Source of the DNA: Vicugna vicugna | Lineage: Eukaryota | Length of the DNA stretch: 64,000 nucleotides | Direction of reading: 5' to 3' | Assembly (NCBI GenBank): GCA_013265495.1 | Contig: MU058650.1 | Span: 895,394 to 959,393, forward strand | Part shown: positions 25,849-38,099 of the stretch, in pieces | How positions within the stretch are numbered: position 1 is the stretch's first letter | Layout of the letters: every line of letters starts with the position of its first letter | Notes under the pieces: generated by a model | Database searches by the model: none | Seen by the model: only the letters and a program-made list of their open reading frames with translations | What the model was told of the DNA's origin: nothing | Made by a program: the position numbers and the translations under genes

Positions 25849-26951
25849 ATAGTGTGTCCAGAATCTTAACTGAAAGTTTAGATGTTATATTATTAATTTT
25901 AGAAAGACAAGCAGCAGTAATTGTCTTGTTTTCTCCTGTCGTTCCAGTTTGTGACAGAAATAAGATAGGACATCATCACTTTCTCAACCTATTTGAAATC
26001 ACGACTTTGGGGATCATGTGATTAATAGGAAGTTAGCTAGACCTAGGATTTACTTTCCAACATCTCTCGGAAGCCTGTGGACATTCTCATGATGAAGAAT
26101 TAACAATTAGCATTAATTACATAACTCTTCATGAAAATTAAACCTATCATAATGGAAATAGATAGCTTTGAAAAATCATTTGAAACAAGAAACTTAGTGA
26201 AGTTGAATTACTGAGGCAATGATATAGGTAGACCATGATCTTAAGTTAAAGATTTTCCATGCCTGTGAAAATACTTGTTGGGGTTTATGAGTCTCTGACA
26301 GATTTCTTACGATGTCACCTGCTCTATTACAAATTCCTCCATAGTTTAAATGCTCTTCCAGTCCAACGAATATGAATCTCCTTGTGACAGTGGCTTCATG
26401 TTCACTGGTTCTAATCTAACACAAGGAGGCTGCAGTGGAATGAGGCAGTTAGACAAGCCTTGGCTGAGAGTTAGAAAACCAAAGGAGTTAGGGACAAATT
26501 GTTAAAGAAGAGAAGATGTAGGTCCTAAAGAAATACAGTAAGCTTGTAGCCATTCTCCTTCAATGGTAGCAGGCACCTTTGTCAGGAGATGGCAGCAGAG
26601 GAAGCAGGAACTTATAGAAACAAAAGGGTCCTAGGCAAATACGGACAGCACTTGGAAATTAGGATCTTGCCTCAAAAGCTCCAGAATCACGAATGTCTTC
26701 TGGTTCACACGAGGGCCTTTAAGAGGTACCGCGTCACTGAGGTGACCCCAGGCTTCTCCCATTCAGAGAACAAATAGGAATGTAAGAGCCAAAATCAGTT
26801 AGGAGTAGTGAGCAGATGTTACCAAGCCATGGTAACAAAACGTCTCTCAGAAGTCAGCCCAGCTTATACCAGAAAAATCAAGGAGAAGGAACAGACTCCA
26901 GTCCTGCTGCAACCATTCAACAAGGGTTAGCTTTCATTGAAAAGGGTTCAG

Positions 26952-27709
26952 AGGGGAGGGCACAGCTTAGGGGTAGAGCATGTGCTCAGCACGCAGGACG
27001 TCCTGGGTTCAATCCTCGGTACCTCTGTCAGAGCATGTGGACAGCTAGATACGAGTAGAGAAAGGGGGACACAGACCACATGGCAGGAACCGGGCAGAAA
27101 GGAGGGGCTCGGGCCAAATGCAGGAAACCATACACCGTGTAAGCACCAGGGGTCCCTGGGCAGAGAAAGAAAAGCAGGAACCTTTGGGCTGATAAGGGGT
27201 CACGATTTTTGGGGTGATGAGTGGCCTAGAGACTGACAAAGAAAGGCGAGAAAAGGCAGGAATTTCCAGTGTCAGAATGTAAGCTTTTGCTTAGTATGCC
27301 CTCATTTCAATAAAATTAGCCTTGCAGATTAGAAGTACCCATCATGCACCGATGCCATGACACTTCTGACTGAGACTAAATAAGGACAAAATTCCCTCCT
27401 CCCTTTGGGAAAGTGCAGTTGGGATGATAAGTAGCTAACTTGCCAAAAAACACAGGGCGGCCGCTCACCTGAGCCTGTCGGCTCTCCCCTTGAGAGTATA
27501 TAAATAAATTCTATTTATTTATATATACAATAAATTCTCACTTTACTTGTTTAACCACTACGTCTTGTCTCTGATTTCTTTCTGGGATAGGACAAGAACC
27601 TAGAACACTGGTCACATCCACCAGCAACACCTCCATTAAATAAATAGATAAATAGATAAATAAATGAATAGGCATAATTACCTCCCCAAATTTTTTTTTA
27701 AAAAATTTT
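26952..27709 (+). mobile_element. Vic-1-type SINE split by an LTR insertion
   Basis: SINE head at 26952-27025 (A/B boxes) resumes at 27630 (cctccattaaataaata...). Flanks aaagggttca/aaagggtttca look like its TSD. Confidence 0.88.
27026..27629 (+). mobile_element. ERV solo LTR, family C, inserted in a SINE
   Basis: TG...CA termini (tgtcagagc...ccagcaaca), perfect 4-bp TSD cctc, AATAAA signals. Confidence 0.88.
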
Positions 27710-29939
27710 AAAGGGTTTCAGCAGTAAAGGGAATTGTAGGGAATCCTTTGGTATTCGCCTTCTTTACAGTAGGAGTAATCCAATCATTCCTCTTTATTAA
27801 AAAAAAAAAAAGAAGAAGAAACAAACACCAAAGCATTGCAATAAGAAACAAAAAGATGAACAAGAATTTAAGCCATAAGTCACAGAACAGAGCAAAAAGC
27901 AAGTCTGACTGGGAACCAAAGATGTTGACACAGTGGTTAGTGACAGATCTAAGCTGGGTCCTTGGTTCTGCCAGTTATTAAAGTAGTGGTGGGGGGCATA
28001 CAGGCAGACTTCCTGGGAGGACTGGGGTCAATGGAGAATGGTTGTGTATTCGGGGGTAGTTCAGTGCCTCGGTCTGTACCAAAGGTGTCTACGAGGGCAG
28101 CTAAAATAGACCACAAAGCAGAATAGATCTCTAATGGCCTCCTTCCTTTTCATTAGCTGTTGAAGTAAATACAGTGATGTAGGAATAAAACCAGGGTGTC
28201 CATCAGTCAGGGAAAAGAAGGCCAGTGAATGATCTTCCCAGTATCTTGCAGAGATGGGAGAGGAGGGGTACCAGATCTAATCACTGAAAGGAGAGATATT
28301 ACAGTAAAGAGTTCACTTCTAGTACAACGCCATGCATTCTTGGATTGTGCCATTTTATAAAGCATGCCTTGGTCTCAAGATGACCTGGAACTATCTTTCG
28401 TTCTTCTAGACAAGTCTATTGCAGAGATGGTGGTTGAAGCTGTGAGTACCAAAGGACACTGAAAGTGGAGAAATGTGTCAGATAACTAACTGACGAAGAG
28501 CTGAGAACTTTCGCTTTGTGTTCTAAGTAAAAACCTTTAGATTTGAGCAATCATTTGCATTTCCTAAGGGGAAAATATGCTTCAGGGGTACTGTCCCCCC
28601 AACCATGCTTTTCCATTAAAGCAGGGTTAAGACCACATATACTGGGTTGTCCGTCTGGTCCAGAGCCCAGGATTAAGCAAGAATTGGTCACCTGTCCTTC
28701 TTGTAAGTTACAGGACTTGGTACTCAACATCAGATACACAGCACAGCCTCGGCCAGCTCCTGCTAGATCCCAAACAGTCCTCCCAGGTCTCTCTTCTTTC
28801 ACATTAGGATCCAAGCTCATGTTCTCCTGGTTAGTCAGGTTTGGAACAAGTGCTTGCCAGAGATGGCCCCAAGGTTAAGGACGCCAAACAAGGTAAAAAC
28901 CAGAATACTCAATAACCAGAGAACCCTGGGTATATATCTTATGTAAATGGGGCAAGGGAGCCTCACATGGAGGTCTGATATCTAGAAATTCCTGAAGAAT
29001 TGAGTTTCAGATTTTGGTCACCATGATCTAGGCCCTCAGGCCATAAAAAAAACATGGCGAGAACACCCCTTGCTCCCAAAGTACTGGGGGTGACTGTGAA
29101 TATCACCCATTAGCTGTGGAATGCTGGCCCCCACACTGAAGGCCGTGGGCCATGGAAGAGACAGCATTCAAAGGAAGGCTTAATGTTGAGGTGTGTCAGG
29201 TTAGAGTCTGGCTATGCCAAGCCAAACAAGATGGACTTAACACACCACGAGTGCTAGAAGGAAGTTCCTGCAGTGAGGTCCCACATGGAACTGGAGACTG
29301 AGGCTTCACCTAATAGTCTATCACGAAAGATGTAAGGTTGACAAAACTCCAGGCCTATTAGAACACGGTATGCAAAGTGCAACCCCCATCGCTCCAATCA
29401 AGGCAGGTGCCACAACCAAGCATGGGCTGGGAAGCCAGGATTCCGCGTCACGTGCAGGAGCTGAAGGAGGACAGCATAAAGCAGCCGAGACAAGAGGGAA
29501 CGCAAGGCCTTCGGCACGGAGCGGAGCCACCCCAGCCCTGGCGAACACTGCGCATAGCTGGAGAGTTCTCAGGCTCCCCCAGCTGACACAGGTCTGCCGT
29601 AAGCAGCTGGGCCTTGAGCCCTTGCTGTGATGTGCTTCAGTTTCTGTTGGAGAAAAACTTCTAGCCTAGGGTTTAAAAACTGTTTCACTGCTTCTTTCTC
29701 ACGCCATCGCTGTTTGCCTCTCCCCAGGTGTGTCAGGGCCTGTTCACAAATGCCATCCTCGGCGCTGTCACTCAACCAGCCAGTTGCTTATCCCTGGAGG
29801 CAAATGAGCTTCAGCCTGATTGTCATGTGGTCAGTAAAAGAGTCCATGGCTAGATTCTAGGCCCTAGAAAGCTAGAAGAAGGTAAATCAGCACCAAAGAG
29901 CTAGATAGGATTTCTGTAACTTCTCCTCACCTGTCAAAC

Positions 29940-30574
29940 TGAGACAGAAGGGAAGAGGGCAGGGCACAGCCACTCAGGGAATGACAGCAATTTAACACCC
30001 AAATGGTGGAAGATTCACCTCCTAGTTGGCCTTGCGGATTAAGAGGTTTGACTTCTAGTAGATCTTGAGCTTCATTATATGCTCATTGTAACAACATGAT
30101 AAATAACCTGCCCGCAGGCGCCATGACAGTCCCAAAGCTGACTGCAAAAAACCAAAGAATGGGCGGTGGCCCAATTCCTGGGAATCCCAGCCCCTTCCCC
30201 AGGGCAGTTGGAATGGTCCCCCCTATAGGTTTGTGAAGCTACTGAGCCCATAAAAACTGACACCACCACGCCTAGTGGCCTTTTTCACTCCCTCCCCTTG
30301 GGAGACGGCCTCCACTCTGTCTATGGAGTGTGTGCCTACTTTTACTTTAACCTGAGCACTCAGTTCCCACACCTCTTTCCTTGCCTTTCTCTTGCCTTAC
30401 ACTCTACGGTATGTATCTCTCTAAAGACATCTTCCTTTACTCAATGGTGTCTCACTCTTGAATTCTTTCCTGCTTGAAGCCAAGGACCCACGCTAGTCGG
30501 GGCACGTCCCAGGGGCTCCACCGAGACCTGGGACACAGCCCTCCTCACGCCCCACATCCATTTTTCCTGTATCG
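29940..30574 (+). mobile_element. ERV solo LTR, family A
   Basis: tgagacagaagggaag...tttttcctgtatcg, near-TSD aaac/aacc, homologous to sibling copies. Confidence 0.87.
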
Positions 30575-30998
30575 AACCTGTCTGTAGGTTGGGCCTCACT
30601 GTGATGAGATGCTGGGGCTTCAAGAGCTGGTCCTCCTCCATGAGGAAGATGTCAGACTTCAGAGCAGAATTCTCCTCCAGTAAGCGCTGGGCCAGATGCC
30701 ACAGAGCGTATTGTTACCAGGGTGAAGCCAGGGCCTGGAAGTACACAGGTGAAGTGCTAGTCTTCTTTGCAAGTTAGGTTGTCAAAAACATCTCTGCAAC
30801 CCCTTCGTGAACAGGAGGCCTGAAAGATACATATGTACTCAGGTAAGAACACAAAACATATTTAGTCGGTCCAGCAGCAGCTAAGAACAGGAGAAGCCAC
30901 CAACAAGAAGAGTCGGGACCTTTTTGGCCATTGTTGGCAAGGTCAGCTTAAACCCAAGGCAAAGGTGCAGCCCCACACATAGAAATCAGACATCAATC

Positions 30999-31565
30999 TG
31001 AGACAGGAGGGGAGGACGCAGGGCACTGCCACTGAGGGAAGGACACAGCAACCGAGGACAGGACAAACTGGTGGGAACCAAGATGGCGGAAGGTTCGACT
31101 TCCACTAGACCTGAGCCTCATGGCACATCCACAGGCACCATGACAGTGCCTAGGCTGACCATGAAAGGTCAGAAGTGGGCAGGGCCCAATTCCTGGAAAT
31201 CCCTGCCCCTCCCCCAAAGTAGCTGGAATAATCTTCCTTCTTATTAGCATAGAAAATTACTGAGCCCATAAAAACTAACAACTGTGCACCTCGTGGTCGC
31301 GCTCTCTCTCTTGCCTTTCTGAGACGGCCTGTACTCTGTCTATGGAGGGTGTGCCTACTTCTACTGTAAACTAAACACTCCCACACCTCTCGGTCTTGCT
31401 CCCTCTTGCCTTTTGAGATGCCCCCATTCTGCCCATGGAGAGTGTATCTCCTAGGCTGCTCTCCCACACTCTGTCTATGGTGTGTGTATCTCCCTGAGTA
31501 AACTTACTTCCACTTTACTCTTGAGGTCTTTCCTGCATGAGGCAAGAACCTATTCTCCGGCAACA
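30999..31565 (+). mobile_element. ERV solo LTR, family A
   Basis: tgagacaggagggg...ccggcaaca with perfect TSD aatc/aatc. Confidence 0.9.
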
Positions 31566-32466
31566 AATCCCCCAGGGTTGCTCAGGAACAGTACATCCAG
31601 ACAGCAGGACAGACTTGTAAGTGACATACACGAGAGAAGACAGCAGAGTCATCACAGAACAATGAAAAAGAGAGAGAGAGAGAGATCCAACAGCAGGCAA
31701 TTCTTGGAATTCCCAGCAAACATCTTCACCAGGAAGTCCACCAGGAAGTCCACCAGGAGGTAAACGGCTTCAGTCACCAGTGTTTGCAGGCAGAGTGCAC
31801 TCTTTAGAAGAGCTCCCAAAAGCAAAGCAGGGTCTCACTTGTCAGGGAAAGCAGGTTCCCACGCCAGAGGCTCAGAATCTGTGGGCAGGGGACGCTTGTG
31901 AAGAGCCCACAGACTAAACCTGAGACTGAGCAGCAGGGAAGGGCCCTACGGGGGCTTTAAATCCCTCCCGGGGACAGCAGTTGGGGCAGGCCGGGGTCTA
32001 TATGGGAGAGGTTAAGGGACTCCAGGTGTGAGAACAAACCAAGCCCTCAGGGAACACAGATGGAGCCTGATTTATAACTCCTACAGCGGTCAGGTAGGTC
32101 CCACCACCTGGTTTCTTTCAACTATTCACATTTTGCATTAATTCAGTGTTTCCTGATTAAATTATAAACTCTGAAGCCTACAGCTTATAGTTTTGTATCT
32201 TACACTGCAGTCTCCAGCATCAAGTACTGTATATAAATAGTGATAATATGTATTTGCTGATCCATTCTAGTTGCTTTTCCCCCTACTGCCTGTTTATACC
32301 TGAGGGCTCCCAAGACCGCTAAGAATGTCTGTGGGAGGATGCCTGTAGACTTACAGCCTCGGCAATAAAGAAGGAAAAGTGATAAGGGAGGAAGAAATGG
32401 AAAAGGCAAAAAGAAATAAGGAGAGCGAGAAAGAGTGAAAGAGGGAAAAGGTGTGTGTGGCCTCTT

Positions 32467-33150
32467 TGCAACTGAGCAGGACCCTATGGGGCCTCCCCAG
32501 GACAGACCCCCTCCCTCCATGTCCTCTGCCTGCCTGTCATTTGTATCAAAGCAGTGGTGTCCCAGGCCTCCCCTGAGTCATAAAAGCCTGGCTCAACAAT
32601 TGACGATTGTGGGTGTGAACACGTAGTGACAAAAGTAACAGTCGTGCCAGGAGAACTGGTAACAATTTAAATAGTAAATCAGCCATATGGCAGTCACAGA
32701 ATCTTTAGTTCTTCCCTGAAGTACCTAGATAACAGTACTGAATGCACATTTCCTGAGTTGTTTTACGGAAGCCAAAACCCCCACCAAATGGAAGAAATTA
32801 ACTACTTGATGACCAGGAGCAGGTAATGTAGCCCCGAGACCTACTGGAGCCTGAAGATTGAATAATGTTAACCCCTGTGACACCACCTTATTATCTCACC
32901 ATCGCCCAATCAGAACTGTGCACGAGCTGGTCGCATACCTGTGACTCCCCTCTCTTACCTTGCCTTTAAAAATGCTTTCCTGAAACCCATCGGGGAGTTT
33001 GAGTTTTTTGAGCATTAGCTGCCCTGGACTCTTTATCTGGCTCCTTACAATAAATGCTACACTTTCTTTCACCACAATCCAGTGTCAATAGATTGGTGGA
33101 CTGAAGTTTGGCTGACTCAGTGGATGTGACTTAAGTTTGGTTTGGTAACA
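32467..33150 (+). mobile_element. ERV solo LTR, family B-related
   Basis: tgcaactgagcaggacc...tttggtaaca with perfect TSD tctt/tctt. Contains CCAAT, a TATA-like box and AATAAA. Confidence 0.9.
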
Positions 33151-33770
33151 TCTTGATATGCAGTGATAACCACTCTTTCTTGCCCCCTCTCTAGAATACA
33201 CCCCAAATTGCCACTATGTGTGGTGCTGCTTTTCATGACAAATTTAGTAAAAAACAAAAAAAACAAAAAACAAACCAGAATATAACTTGCACTCTTGATT
33301 CCTTCTCACCAATTAGCAGAGTCACCTAGAATGACTCTGAGAGACCGTATCACATCGTGGTTCAGATGTGGGCTCCACAGTCAGACTGCCTGGAATCTTG
33401 CTAGCTTTGTGACCTTGACCTCTCTCTGCTTCAGGTTTCTCATCTTTAATGTGGGGATAGGAAGAGACCTCACCTTTATGGTTGTCATGATGATGAAATG
33501 AGATAATGCAAGTGAAGTGTTCTGATTAACTCCTGGCACAAATAAGGCCATTTAAATGTTGGCTGTTAACCTAAAAAAAAAAAAAAAAGCTTTGCTCTAA
33601 GGCTTTGGCCCTATCTCTGCCTGCTACACCTGTTCCTTTGTTAATGAATTGGCCCAGTCTCTTGTGGCCTTACCATGCCTACCACAGCCTAATAAATGTT
33701 AATGGTAAACAATGGCAAGCACTGCTTCTCTCAGTGGAGTGGCTATTAAACGCTCTTGCTGTTGTGCTAG

Positions 33771-34399
33771 TGATGCAGGAAAAACAGATGTGGGGCGTGA
33801 GGAGGGCCATGTCCAAGGCTTCAGTTGAGCCCCGGGGATGTGCCCTGCCAAGTGTGGGTCCTTGGCTTCGCGCAGAAAAGAATTCAAGAGCGAGCCACAG
33901 TTGAGTGAAGGTAGATTTATTTAGAGATACATCAAAAGGCAAGAGAAAGGCCACGAGGTGAGGGGGTTGGGTGCTCAGATTAGACCAAAAATAGGTACAC
34001 ACTCCATAGACAGAGTGTGGGCCCGTCTCTGAAGAGGGTGGGGGGGGGCGTGAGGGGCAGGGTTGCTCGTTTTTATGGGCTTTGGTGGCTTCACATGCTA
34101 ATAAGTGGAAGGACCAGTCTAACTAGCCCGGGGAAGGGGCTGGGATTCCCAGGAAGTTGGCCATTTCCCACTCTTTGACCTTTCGTGGCTAGCCTCGGGA
34201 CTGCCGTGGTGCCTTGGGCCTGTTATCCATCATGCCAGTGCGTGACAGTGGGGGTGTAATGAAGCTCAAGGTCTACAAGAAGTCAAATCTTCCACCATGT
34301 TTAGCCTTGGGGCCTACTGGGGGTCGAATCTTTTGCCTTGCTGGTGTTAATGGCTGTGTTGTTCCTTGAATGGCTGTGCCCTGCCCTCTCCCTGTCTCA
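33771..34399 (-). mobile_element. ERV solo LTR, family A
   Basis: Reverse complement of family A with perfect TSD ctag/ctag. Confidence 0.9.
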
Positions 34400-35664
34400 C
34401 TAGTAAAGCACTAGTTTCATTCAGGCAAAGAAAGGAGATAACCACATCTTAGTCTGTCCACAATAGGCCTGCTTAGGGTGTTTAGCCTCGGGCAACACAC
34501 AAATTTTATAATTTTATTGCAAGAATTTTATAAAATATAAAACAAATGAGCTGCAGTTAGTGCTTTTACAGAACCTGGCTTGTCTCCTAAGTGCATGGCT
34601 CTTAATCAGCTGTGCACATTAGGACCACCTGGGAGTTTTTAAAAAAATACATGCATGGGCTGTGTCCCCAAGGACTCTGATTCACTAGGCCTAGGTGGTG
34701 TTCTGGAATTTTTATTTGGAATCACTTACCTGAGTGATTCTGATGCAAAAATACTGTTTGACTATTCATGGTCCTTTTCCTCCCATTCAGCAAAACCCAA
34801 TTTCAACTACTAGAATGAAAAAATCCACCACAATTTTGATGGCCTCTCCACGTAACCAGGTGCACTGGAGATTTCTTAGCAAAGTCTCCAGTTACAGAGG
34901 CAAGTGTCTGTCACTCATGTTTATAACCATGACGTTATGAATTATGTCCCATTAGGACTGAGCTACCAGGAGATCTTCTACTGGGATTCTCTGCCATTTT
35001 AATGAGAACAACAAAGAATCAAAGAGAGACTTTGTGGATGATTTTGTGGCTTGCATCCTTCACCTGAAGCTGACTCAGCATTGGGATGTTGAAAAGGTGA
35101 TGGCATTGATATTGCAATTTTTATTTTCCTCCTGGTTGCTCCCCGCTTACTTTCTTACTTCGGAACACTTGTCTGCTTTCACAGATGAGCAGCCCGGAGT
35201 CACTCAGAGCTTTGCTCTAGAGACAAGAGCAGAAAAGGTGAGACCAAGTCCGCTAAACCTGACTTCCTCTGCCAAGTCTACGATCAACCTCTCTGCCCCA
35301 AACGCCATCCCTTTCTTGTCCAACACTGGTTCCCCTGAAGGCTGAGGAGTATCACAGAAAAAGGAGAAGCAGGGAAGCCACCCGGGTTCTGAGCTTGGAG
35401 CAAGACAGGTGTGGTTGAGGGATATGGGTCTCAGCTCTGCCCCCAGCTAAGTGCTGGCACAGGCCAATTCCTCAACCGCTCTGAGCCTCAGGTTCCTCCG
35501 CTACAAAACAGACATGAACCTGATGTCCCAGGATAGCTAATAAGCTCAAAGGAGAGAACGGGTATGCGAGGGCTACCCGGGGGCAGCCCTGATGGCAGTG
35601 ATGAGCATGGAGCTTTGGGGAAAAAAACTGAATTAAAAAATTAAATTAAAAGGAAAAGGAGGAT

Positions 35665-36272
35665 TGAAACTGACCTGGACTTTGTGGGGCCCACTTGGAT
35701 ACACAAGCCCTTCCAGGTCCCCCATTTCTTATTTGTAGAAAAAAAGGTTTCAGCCTCCTAGACCTGCTGTGAGTTCTAAAAGTTCAAACAATTACTAATT
35801 AGGGGAGTGAGAAAATGCACAAACAAAGGAAGGGCAGTCAAGAAACAATTGTGGAGCCATGGGACAGGGTCCTGGTTGCTCTCAAGGGATGTACGTTAAC
35901 AATCTGATGCGTATCTCTGAGTTCTTCTATAGAAACTAAGGCCCCCACCAGGTGGAGGATGAAACTTCAGGCTGGGCACAAGCACGTGGACCCCAGACTT
36001 TTGGAACCAGAGGCTGATGATCGAGATTCCTGGAACACCATCTTGTTACCTCACCACCAACCAACCAGAGGAAGGTCACACACCCTGCAGACTTCTCCCC
36101 AAATTTTGCCTATAAAAACTCTTCCCCCAAAACCATGGAGAGTTCAGATCTTTAGAGCATGAGCCGCCCCATTCTCCTTGATTGGCTCTGCAATAAACCT
36201 TTCTCTGCTCCAAATTCTGATGTTTGTTTGGCCTCACTGTGTGTCACACACGAACTTGGGTCCAACAACACA
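35665..36272 (+). mobile_element. ERV solo LTR, family B
   Basis: Starts tgaaactgacctggac and is homologous to the 13260 copy (ccaggtggaggatg, cctataaaaactc, aataaacct). TSD imperfect. Confidence 0.85.
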
Positions 36273-36590
36273 GGAAACTGGAAAAACATAACTGAATTCT
36301 ATTCTGTGTAACTAACATGTGCTTTTTACTTGTGTAAAAGAATAGATGTTATAAATCTTAAAAGATACACTGGTTCACTGCTTGTGTCCCCAGAACCTCA
36401 AAAGTTCTCCCAGTCATCACTGGCTGCTTCTCTGCCTTTACAATTTTTTCATAATCCTGCTACGTGTAACAGGTCCTTCCATACTGATTCTAAGGAGATA
36501 CTGCTGAAGTGATTTAGCAAAAAATAAGACAGATGTTTTAGCGAGCACTTTCTCTCCTCACATGTTCAACTGTAATTTCTCATTTTCTTT

Positions 36591-36729
36591 TTTTTCTAAT
36601 TTTTTTGTTTGTTTGAGGGGGGGAGTAATTAGGTTTATTTATTTATTTTTTAATGGAGGTACTGGGGATTGAACCCAGGACCTCGTGCATGATAAGCATG
36701 AGCTCTACCACCGAGCTATACCCTCCCCC
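36591..36729 (-). mobile_element. Vic-1-type SINE
   Basis: Reverse-strand tRNA-like head and tail with 12-bp TSD ctcattttcttt. Confidence 0.92.
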
Positions 36730-36912
36730 CTCATTTTCTTTATTCCCAGGTCCACAGAAACCAATTAAGTGAGAGACTTGTGAGTGCCCCATGTCATCTT
36801 GAGTTGAGTTAATATGTGAAATACTTATGACAGTGCCTGGTACCTAGTGAGAACAATGTGGAGATGTTAGTTATTTTTAACCATTATTTTATAATGATCT
36901 TGGGGAATTATT

Positions 36913-36913
<1 letters not shown>

Positions 36914-36941
<28 letters not shown>
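36914..36941. repeat. (CAT)n microsatellite
   Basis: Seen directly, at the end of a MIR-like stretch. Confidence 0.9.
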
Positions 36942-36944
<3 letters not shown>

Positions 36945-37275
36945 TGGGCTATAACTGATTTTTTAGTACCTGAATGTGTGGAATCTCCGCTAGAAGTGTG
37001 TGTTATTTGCAGCAGGCATGCAAGAAATGCTTGCTTAAGTAAAAGAAGTGAATGAATTGTGAATTTATGGACAATGCTCTTGAGTTTCAGAGAGGCTTCA
37101 CAGAAGAATGCCCTTTCTGCAAAACAAAGGGAAGAACAGGTACTCTAAGCCGGCTGTCCTGTGGAATTTTGAGATCTGAAAGGTCAGACTTTTAAAGGCT
37201 TACCACTCCAGGCTGCTCTATATTGTGACTAACACCTTTACATACAGGGTGACATGAAGTGAGAAGCTACAGACT

Positions 37276-37442
37276 CGTCTTCATTTTTTTTTTTTTTACG
37301 TTGAGTTATAATCAGTTTACAATGTTGTGTCAATTTCTGGTGTACAGCACAATTTTTCAGTCATACATGAATGTACATACATTCATTTTCATATTCTTTT
37401 TTCACCTTGAGCTCCTACAAGATCTTGTTTATATTTCCCTGT
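37276..37442 (-). mobile_element. Short L1 3'-end insertion
   Basis: Poly-T plus L1 3'UTR terminus with TSD aagctacagact (37264-37275 and 37443-37454). Confidence 0.85.
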
Positions 37443-38099
37443 AAGCTACAGACTTTAACGTGGTTTGCATGCCTGTACTGCCTGTTAACAGGGCGCCGCA
37501 GTGACATACCACTGAGCCAAGGGGAGACACGCTCTTCAGTGGAATATTTTTATTGTTTGTAGGAAATTCCTGAACATACTAAGGAAAGATATATCAGAGA
37601 CACTCTTTCCAATGGGCTCCCATAAAAAGATCTGTCCCTATCTCTAGTTTACCACTTACTCGTTTGCATTAAATTCACCTGTTTCCATGACTTTTTCTGC
37701 TTCTAGGCTGAGAGATTTTTGAAGGCAGGCACCACATTATTTCTCTTCTGTCTCCATTGCCCATCAGGGTTTAGCACATAGCACTTGATAAATGCGGAAC
37801 GAAAAATAGGATATCATTATAATCTTCATTTTTTTTCAGTTTCTATATATGAAATTAGTAGAATAAATATCTCCATGTATATGGCAACATTTTCTGAATC
37901 AAAAATTGAGCTCACCATCTAAAATACAATCTGACAGTGAAAAAAAATATGTGAGATCTGGAGAGTCTCAGAAAATTCTGGACAGAGGAATACCTTATCC
38001 ATCTTAACAAAAACCTAAACCAAATTCTTCTGCACCACGTTAATATCATGAAAAAAAAATCCATGCTTTCTGTATTATATTTTCCCTTCTTTCAACAAC

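Larger units (their letters stand above)
28700..31900 (+). mobile_element. Highly degenerate Ty3/Gypsy-like pol relic (RT-RNase H, possibly integrase), interrupted by two younger LTRs
   Basis: Frameshifted motif remnants occur in Gypsy order: IQ.SCSPW...VLARDG (~28810-28866), GHHDLGPQAIKKT (~29020-29055), ERCK..LLEH..IAPIKAGA (~29325-29410), W..PRHVQELK (~29425-29467), FTNAILGAVTQ/PVAYPWRQM/LIVMWSVKE (~29743-29842). Confidence 0.5.

Noticed and set aside
29940..31565. Two same-orientation family-A LTRs 424 bp apart that might flank a mini-provirus
   Set aside because: Each has its own TSD, they differ in internal structure, and no primer-binding site or polypurine tract is evident between them. 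They are independent solo LTRs.
31727..31760. Short direct repeats (caccaggaagtc units), also at 48938-48972 and 56866-56930
   Set aside because: These are local slippage duplications of 2-3 units with no spacers. They are not CRISPR-like and show no sign of function.
36858..37055. ORF with a poly-His run
   Set aside because: It is the translation of a (CAT)n microsatellite in a MIR-like context.
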